Part shown: positions 58,250 to 64,000 of the stretch, piece by piece
Layout: every line of letters starts with the position of its first letter
Position numbering within the stretch: the stretch's first letter is position 1
Assembly (NCBI GenBank): GCA_048938025.1
Contig: JBHLMP010000006.1
Location: 31,495 to 95,494, forward strand
Direction of reading: 5' to 3'
Length of the DNA stretch: 64,000 nt
Source: Promethearchaeota archaeon
GTDB lineage: Archaea; Asgardarchaeota; Lokiarchaeia; Sigyniarchaeales; SOKP01
The notes under the pieces: generated by a model
Database searches by the model: none
The model's input: the letters and a program-made list of their open reading frames with translations, nothing else
Told to the model about the DNA's origin: nothing
Made by a program: the position numbers and the translations under genes

Positions 58250-58626
58250 TCTTTACTCAATCTCGTTTTTAAACTGGAGATATTTTAGTTTTTAATTATA
58301 TCATTCCAAATTTATCACATTTTATGAAAGTTAAAAACCGTCTCAAATATGCCATTATAAATTTCTTTATACTTTTATTTGACTTTTTAACACATCGAAA
58401 TGATCTAAAAATCTGTACTATTTCAACACCTTCTAATGTCTTTGTATTTTTATTATAGCATGCAAAGGAAAATATCTTTTAATTACAATACAATATTGAA
58501 AAATTCTCCCGAGATTGATTAATCTTCTAATTAAAGAAAATATTATTAAAAGAGAGCTTAATTTCATAGAAATAATAAATTATTTTATTTAATAATTTAG
58601 AATAATAACAGATGGAGGTTTATAAT

Positions 58627-59079
58627 TTAAGGAACAATGAGAACAGGAACCTCTGATAAACGGATAACTCGATCTGTAACATGTCCTATGATATAATCCG
58701 TAATATGTTGCTTACCTCGTGCTGCTATTACAATAATATCGAAATTTGGAGCCATTTTTATTATTTCTTCAACTGGATCACCTAGAAGAATTTTACTCTC
58801 AATATTCTTATCATCGAATCCTATTATTTTAGCTTCTTGTTCTGCCCTTCTACAATATTTCTCTCCTTGTTCGATATATTTTTGTTCAAGTTGATCTATA
58901 TTTAATCCTTCGTACATTGAAATTTGCTTTATTTTGTCCTTATTTATTATATGACAAATTGTAATTGAACAGTCCCTAAAAAATAATGCTAACTTTAGAG
59001 CATATTTAACCGCATTAAAACTTTTGTTAGAACCATCAATTGGAACTAAAATTGAATTGTATCTAATTTCGTTAATCAT
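58627..59079 (-). CDS. Universal stress protein (UspA family)
   Basis: ILVPIDGS, GDPVEEII, DIIVIAARG, IGHVTDRVIRLSEVPVLIV. Confidence 0.93.
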   Translation of the reverse strand: MINEIRYNSILVPIDGSNKSFNAVKYALKLALFFRDCSITICHIINKDKIKQISMYEGLNIDQLEQKYIEQGEKYCRRAEQEAKIIGFDDKNIESKILLGDPVEEIIKMAPNFDIIVIAARGKQHITDYIIGHVTDRVIRLSEVPVLIVP

Positions 59080-59314
59080 ATTTAAATAATAATTTTTTTA
59101 TTTAACAATATTTTTTTTAAGATTAAAAAATTTAAAAAAAATTATCAAAATAAAAGAATTTAACATAAAAATTTTTTCTTGTACAACCATTTATGATTTT
59201 CTTTTAAAATATTTTTAAATCTGTGTAAATTAAAAATACTCTTCATTAAATTAAGCTTACTAAGTAAATAAAAAAAAATTAAATTTATCCCCTAATTAGG
59301 AGAAACTGCTTTTT

Positions 59315-61144
59315 TTAAGAGACAAACATTAACTTTAAAGAATCCTTTAAAGTTTGGTCTTTCATTTTTTCAATTTGATCAAAATCTTCATTAGGAATTA
59401 AATAATTAATGTTTTTAATAATTTTTATTACATTATCACCTTGACTTTCTTCAAATTTAAAACCTTGTTTTATGAGAGCCTTTCCCTCCTTGTAAATCAA
59501 AAGAATTAACTTAATTAGCGTCAATAATTTTTTATAATCTGTAAAAGCATCTATTTTGTCAAATGCATTTTGGATTAAAAAACTATTCCTGATTAATTTT
59601 GCCATAAAAAGTTCGAATCTTTGATTTTGTGTCAATTCAATCTCCCCTGTTAACTGTACTGCTAGTTTAAAATCATTTTCCTTAGACAAAATTTCATTAA
59701 TTTGCTTACGGCATTCATACCAATCAATATCTATATCCATCCATTTAATATCTTTTTCTCTCCACCAATTTAAAATATATTCAGAATAATTTGAATATGA
59801 ATTAAGCCAATCAATAGCAGGATAATGTTTCAAGTATGCTAATTTAGGATCTAATGCCCATAAACCTTGAACAATACGTTTAATAGAGGCAGTAACTGGT
59901 TCATTAAAATCACCTGCTGGAGGTGATATGGTGCCAATAATTGTTAAAGAGCCAATTCTAGCTTCCTTAGAAAGAGTTTGTTCATAATTTAATATAGATC
60001 CTGCTCGTTCATAAAAACTAGAGAGTTTTGATGGTAAATATGCAGGATATCCTTCCTCTGCTGGCATTTCTTCTAATAAACTTGAAATTTCTCTTAAAGC
60101 TTCTGCCCACCTTGAAATACTATCGGCAATAACTGCAACATCATATCCCATATCTCGATAATATTCCCCTATTGTAACTCCTGAAAAAAGACTCGCTTCT
60201 CGTGCTGAAACAGGCATATTTGAAGTATTTACGACAAGAACAATATGATCCAATAATGGTCGTCCAGTTTTAGAATCAAAATTTTCAGAAAATTCCTTCA
60301 TAAGATAGGCAATTTCATTTCCAGGTTCTCCGCAGCCTATAAAGATAATAACATCTGCGTTACAATATTTAGCAATACTTTCTTGAATTACTGTTTTACC
60401 TGTTCCAAAGCCTCCTGGAATAGCAAAAGTTCCTCCTTTCGCTATAGGAAATAACAAATCAATTGACCTTATCCCAGTGAGTAATGGTTTTGTTGGATTA
60501 ATTTTTTTTTTAAAGGGTCTTTTTATATTAATTGGACATTTTTGTAACATACAAAAAGATTTTTCATTACCATATTTTTTCACTCTATAAATCTCATTAA
60601 TAATAGTATAATCTCCTTCACTTGCTATAAAGGATAATTTACCTGAAACATTATAAGGTACTAAGATTTTGTGCTCGATAATTGGAGTCTCTTGGACAAC
60701 TCCTATTATATCCCCCCCTTTTATATTATCATTTGGCTTTTTCTGTGGTATAAAATTCCATTTTTTCGTTCTTGATAAGGATTGGAATTCAAATCCACGT
60801 TTTAATTCTCCTCCTTTGAATGTTTCAAAAGATGTTTCTAATGGTCTTTGAATACCATCAAATACATGCGATAATAATCCTGGAGCTAGTTCCATTGATA
60901 ATGGTTGTTGTAAATTTATAACTTCTTCATTTAACTTTAAATTAGTAGTATTATCAAAACATTGTGCAATTACATGATCTTCATAAATTTGTATAATCTC
61001 ACTTAAAATATTAATATCGGAAATTTTAATTAAATCATAAAGACGTGTTTGATTTCCTAATCCTTTTACTTCAATTAAGGAACCATAAATTGCAGATATA
61101 TATCCACGATTAGATTCTATATTAGACTCGACCATTTTTTTCAA
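59315..61144 (-). CDS. atpA: V/A-type ATP synthase subunit A (divergent)
   Basis: FDGIQRPL, PGGFGTGKT, GCGEPGNE, NTSNMPVSAREAS, EEMPAEEGYPAYL, YERAG, HYPAIDW. Confidence 0.93.
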   Translation of the reverse strand: MKKMVESNIESNRGYISAIYGSLIEVKGLGNQTRLYDLIKISDINILSEIIQIYEDHVIAQCFDNTTNLKLNEEVINLQQPLSMELAPGLLSHVFDGIQRPLETSFETFKGGELKRGFEFQSLSRTKKWNFIPQKKPNDNIKGGDIIGVVQETPIIEHKILVPYNVSGKLSFIASEGDYTIINEIYRVKKYGNEKSFCMLQKCPINIKRPFKKKINPTKPLLTGIRSIDLLFPIAKGGTFAIPGGFGTGKTVIQESIAKYCNADVIIFIGCGEPGNEIAYLMKEFSENFDSKTGRPLLDHIVLVVNTSNMPVSAREASLFSGVTIGEYYRDMGYDVAVIADSISRWAEALREISSLLEEMPAEEGYPAYLPSKLSSFYERAGSILNYEQTLSKEARIGSLTIIGTISPPAGDFNEPVTASIKRIVQGLWALDPKLAYLKHYPAIDWLNSYSNYSEYILNWWREKDIKWMDIDIDWYECRKQINEILSKENDFKLAVQLTGEIELTQNQRFELFMAKLIRNSFLIQNAFDKIDAFTDYKKLLTLIKLILLIYKEGKALIKQGFKFEESQGDNVIKIIKNINYLIPNEDFDQIEKMKDQTLKDSLKLMFVS

Positions 61145-61182
61145 TTATATTATATGAATATGTTTTGAATTTCATTCATTTC

Positions 61183-61614
61183 TTAAGAAACAATTCTTTC
61201 ACCGCAATTAGGACATTTTTTTACAAAACTTGCCAACATAATTCCACAATTAGGACATTTATTTATAATTTTTTTACGATATTTCAAATTAAGATTAATA
61301 TAATCAACTCTCCTAGAGTATGGATGATATTTTTCATACTCTTCTAAAAATTTATCTTTTTTTCCAAGATATTTATTTTTTTTCCGTTTAGATTTAAAAA
61401 GAAGAGATATATCTTTAGCTTTAAATAATACCCCCAAAAAAATTAAAAAAGCAAAAATGAGAATTAAAATAGCAAGAGGAAAAGAACTTCCTAATTTTCT
61501 TAAAATTTTATAAAGCTGAAAAAGAAAAATTACATAAACTATTATTGAAATTAGTACAAAACCATAATATTTCCAAGAATGTTTTCTTTCACCTTTTTGA
61601 TTCTTGAGTGTCAT
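61183..61614 (-). CDS. 2-TM membrane protein with C-terminal zinc ribbon, inside the V-ATPase operon
   Basis: Two hydrophobic helices, basic linker, CPNCG-x8-KCPNCG. Confidence 0.72.
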   Translation of the reverse strand: MTLKNQKGERKHSWKYYGFVLISIIVYVIFLFQLYKILRKLGSSFPLAILILIFAFLIFLGVLFKAKDISLLFKSKRKKNKYLGKKDKFLEEYEKYHPYSRRVDYINLNLKYRKKIINKCPNCGIMLASFVKKCPNCGERIVS

Positions 61615-61641
61615 TATATCCTTAATTAAGTAAATTAGGTC

Positions 61642-63912
61642 TCAAAAAAATTTATTATATATAAAATTTCTTGCTTTTTCAATAATTTCTTTAGTTTTTT
61701 CAGTTTCGATTTCTTTTTCTATTTCTGTTGAGATTATGTCTTTTTCAGCCTCGATTTTGAATATAATTTCTGAGAAATTATCCTTTAAGATGAATGGAAT
61801 AAAGTCTGTACCTCTACCTCCAAAAAATTTGAAAAAAAACTCATAGAAATGAAGCCTTAATGCATTCAAAAATACAAGTACTCCTTCTAAGAGAATTACT
61901 ATTAAATTCCCAAAAACTATAGATATCGTAATTAAAATTTGTACGAATATGCCTTCTCCTGGAATTGTCGATACCATTGCAGTAATTGCAAGCATTAAAG
62001 ATATATGGGCTAAAGCTAATGCTAATAACCTTATATATGAAAGAACGTTACTCGGTACCGATAAAACTGTTTCAAATGTATCCATTGTCCCTTCTCCTAT
62101 TAATTGCGCATATGAGGATTTTTTTAAATATGATACTCCAACTATTTTCCCTATCGGTTTAAGAATTACTAATAAGAGACCCGGTATTAAAGGAAACAGA
62201 ATAGGTGGAAATGGAGCAGCAAACCATGAGTTAAGATTTAATCCCCATCGAACAAGTAAAAATATAAAACCATCTAGAAATAAAATTTTCATTAAAGATC
62301 CGCTAAATGCTTCATATTTTTTAGATTCCTTCCAAAAATTTATAAATTGAAGTATCCAACCTAAATTAATATGAATAATTCCGATAAATATTGTTAAAAT
62401 TAAAATCGTTACTACATTATCTAAAGGATCATAAAGAGTTACTGTTCCTATGAAAGGGAGAGGTATTGGAATTGGTTCAATGTGATATCCTAGTATTTCT
62501 TCAGATCCAAAAAATTCACCATAGAATAAACCTCCTAACATAGCCCATAGACCACACCAGAAAATTATCCAACAAAAATTATGAAAATCTCTTCCTTTTT
62601 TTTTATAGATTAAAGAACCAATTATTCCAGAAATTACTAATACCAATCCATGTCCTATATCTCCAAACATAATTCCAAATAATAAAGGGAATGTAATAAA
62701 TAAAAATGGAGTTGGATCGATTTCAGAATATGAGGGTGTACCATACATCTTTGTTAAAGTTTCGAAAGGTCTTATTATCCGATTATGAGTCATCATCGTC
62801 GGAGTTTCTTCACTCAATTTTTCCCAATTTTCTTTTATTTCGCTTGTAGAATCTTCTTTCATAATTTTTTTAGTCGGCGATTTTTTTATTGTCCTATCTT
62901 TTATTAGTTCTCCTCTTTTTCCAATATTAGTTATTTCAATTTTAATCTTGTCGTGAAAAACTTCAGTTAATTTTTGTTTTATTTCTTCCTTTTTCGCTTG
63001 AATAACAAAAAATTTATAACTTAACTTGTTCAATGATAATTCTTCGAATTGATTCTCCGCCCAATTGTATTCCTCTAGATTTGAGGTAACTTCATTAATT
63101 GCTGCAAATTTTAATAAATTATGTTCTTTAATTCCTCTTATTTCTTTTTCATATTTTAGCAAATAATTTTCTACTAGTTCAATTTCTTTATTGATTCTAT
63201 CAAAGTTGATTCCCTTTGAAGTCAAATATTTTTTTAATATTGGCACTTCTTCAGCATGAATAATGCTAAGCTTATCTTTAAAAATACTTTCTTCATCTTT
63301 AGGATAAATTATAAAGAAGGTTGTTCTATCACTTGATATAGGTTGTGTTTGAATAATATTGGGTAATTCAGAAAATTCAAAAAGAGAATCTAAAATCGCT
63401 AAATTTTTTGAAAAAGTTGTATATGCTTTAAAATTAAATTGAGATAAATAATTGAAATTATCTCGAGACAAATCAAATTTTTCTAGAAATTGATATGTTT
63501 TATTTAAATTATTTATTTTTTCTAATTCTATTTTTGTATTTATGATATACTTTTCTAATTCATTGAATCTATTTGTATAAAAATTTATTTCTTCTAAAAG
63601 ATAATTAATTAACTCATGTGAGTCCTTTGCAACGTAGTTTAATTTATCATCTACTTTGCCTTTTAATACATTAAAATCAGATTCATTAATTTCAAGTTTT
63701 TTAAATAAAATATCTAAATTTAACCTTAAATTCTTGATTTTTTCTTTAAAAAGCTCTTCTTCTTCTGTATTTCTTTTTACGTCATATTCTATTCGTGATT
63801 TTATATGAGTTATCTTAAATTTTGCGAGATTTAGTAACAGTATATCTTTATAGTTCCTATCTATTGTTACTTTAAATAGACTCATCTTATTATCTAATTT
63901 CATTTTTATCAA
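61642..63912 (-). CDS. atpI: V/A-type ATP synthase subunit I (a)
   Basis: PFETLTKMYGTPSYSEIDPT, MFGDIGHG, SNVLSYIRLLAL (essential Arg), LRLHFYEFF; start may be the ATG at 63903. Confidence 0.94.
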   Translation of the reverse strand: MIKMKLDNKMSLFKVTIDRNYKDILLLNLAKFKITHIKSRIEYDVKRNTEEEELFKEKIKNLRLNLDILFKKLEINESDFNVLKGKVDDKLNYVAKDSHELINYLLEEINFYTNRFNELEKYIINTKIELEKINNLNKTYQFLEKFDLSRDNFNYLSQFNFKAYTTFSKNLAILDSLFEFSELPNIIQTQPISSDRTTFFIIYPKDEESIFKDKLSIIHAEEVPILKKYLTSKGINFDRINKEIELVENYLLKYEKEIRGIKEHNLLKFAAINEVTSNLEEYNWAENQFEELSLNKLSYKFFVIQAKKEEIKQKLTEVFHDKIKIEITNIGKRGELIKDRTIKKSPTKKIMKEDSTSEIKENWEKLSEETPTMMTHNRIIRPFETLTKMYGTPSYSEIDPTPFLFITFPLLFGIMFGDIGHGLVLVISGIIGSLIYKKKGRDFHNFCWIIFWCGLWAMLGGLFYGEFFGSEEILGYHIEPIPIPLPFIGTVTLYDPLDNVVTILILTIFIGIIHINLGWILQFINFWKESKKYEAFSGSLMKILFLDGFIFLLVRWGLNLNSWFAAPFPPILFPLIPGLLLVILKPIGKIVGVSYLKKSSYAQLIGEGTMDTFETVLSVPSNVLSYIRLLALALAHISLMLAITAMVSTIPGEGIFVQILITISIVFGNLIVILLEGVLVFLNALRLHFYEFFFKFFGGRGTDFIPFILKDNFSEIIFKIEAEKDIISTEIEKEIETEKTKEIIEKARNFIYNKFF

Positions 63913-63917
63913 TTTCC

Positions 63918-64000
63918 TTATAATTTAATCAAACTTTTTGTTTTTTTTAATCTTACAAAATTTTCTCGATCAAGTTCTTCTAAAAGCTCTTTAATTGTTT
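63918..64000 (-). CDS. atpD: V/A-type ATP synthase subunit D, 3' end only (truncated by the window edge)
   Basis: Reads TIKELLEELDRENFVRLKKTKSLIKL*, matching the subunit D C-terminal LEE-x-(E/D)RE-x-F-x-RLKK motif. Confidence 0.8.
   Translation of the reverse strand, partial: TIKELLEELDRENFVRLKKTKSLIKL

Noticed and set aside
58295-58480. About 60-codon open stretch on the minus strand between fbp and the Usp gene
   Set aside because: No plausible start, SD or homology clue; cannot be supported as a gene or pseudogene
586-62350. Numerous short ORFs in the track that overlap longer genes (e.g. 586..852, 5333..5641, 8803..9168, 23495..23875, 33760..34059, 55260..55604, 61949..62350)
   Set aside because: Antisense or alternate-frame shadows of well-supported genes, with no motifs of their own
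1-64000. CRISPR arrays, rRNA, transposases, integrases or prophage genes
   Set aside because: No regularly spaced repeats, no GC-rich structured RNA-length segments and no mobile-element motifs seen

Overview
Very AT-rich, gene-dense archaeal chromosome segment, most likely from an Asgard archaeon (Lokiarchaeia/Promethearchaeota-like). The assignment is inferred from archaeal RadA, tRNA-splicing endonuclease, CdhA, MtrH-like and V/A-ATPase genes alongside several eukaryotic-signature-type proteins. These include three small GTPases (Rab-like, GTPase-roadblock fusion, longin-like-GTPase fusion), a V4R/TRAPP-Bet3-like protein, a vWA plus double-RING protein, a SNAP-like helical-repeat protein and two tandem receptor-like proteins with cytoplasmic longin-like domains. 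The window also has two alpha-glucan/sugar-nucleotide clusters (GH57 glucanotransferase with maltokinase; GalT-like, NDP-sugar synthase, GH57 branching enzyme and a degenerate phosphohexomutase). Other content: feoAB with a DtxR-type operator, cdhA with a CooJ-like Ni-chaperone gene, a tandem M23-like exported protein, and an unusual V-ATPase operon end (D-I-Zn-ribbon membrane protein-A) whose A subunit has GEP instead of GER. Items missing from the ORF track that I read from the DNA: a collapsed sulfatase pseudogene, two genes that appear to start at ATT/ATA codons, the 3' end of atpD, an 18-bp perfect palindrome upstream of cdhA, and a duplicated gene-end remnant. I saw no rRNA, tRNA, CRISPR array or transposase. 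All family calls come from reading motifs by eye; no database searches were run.
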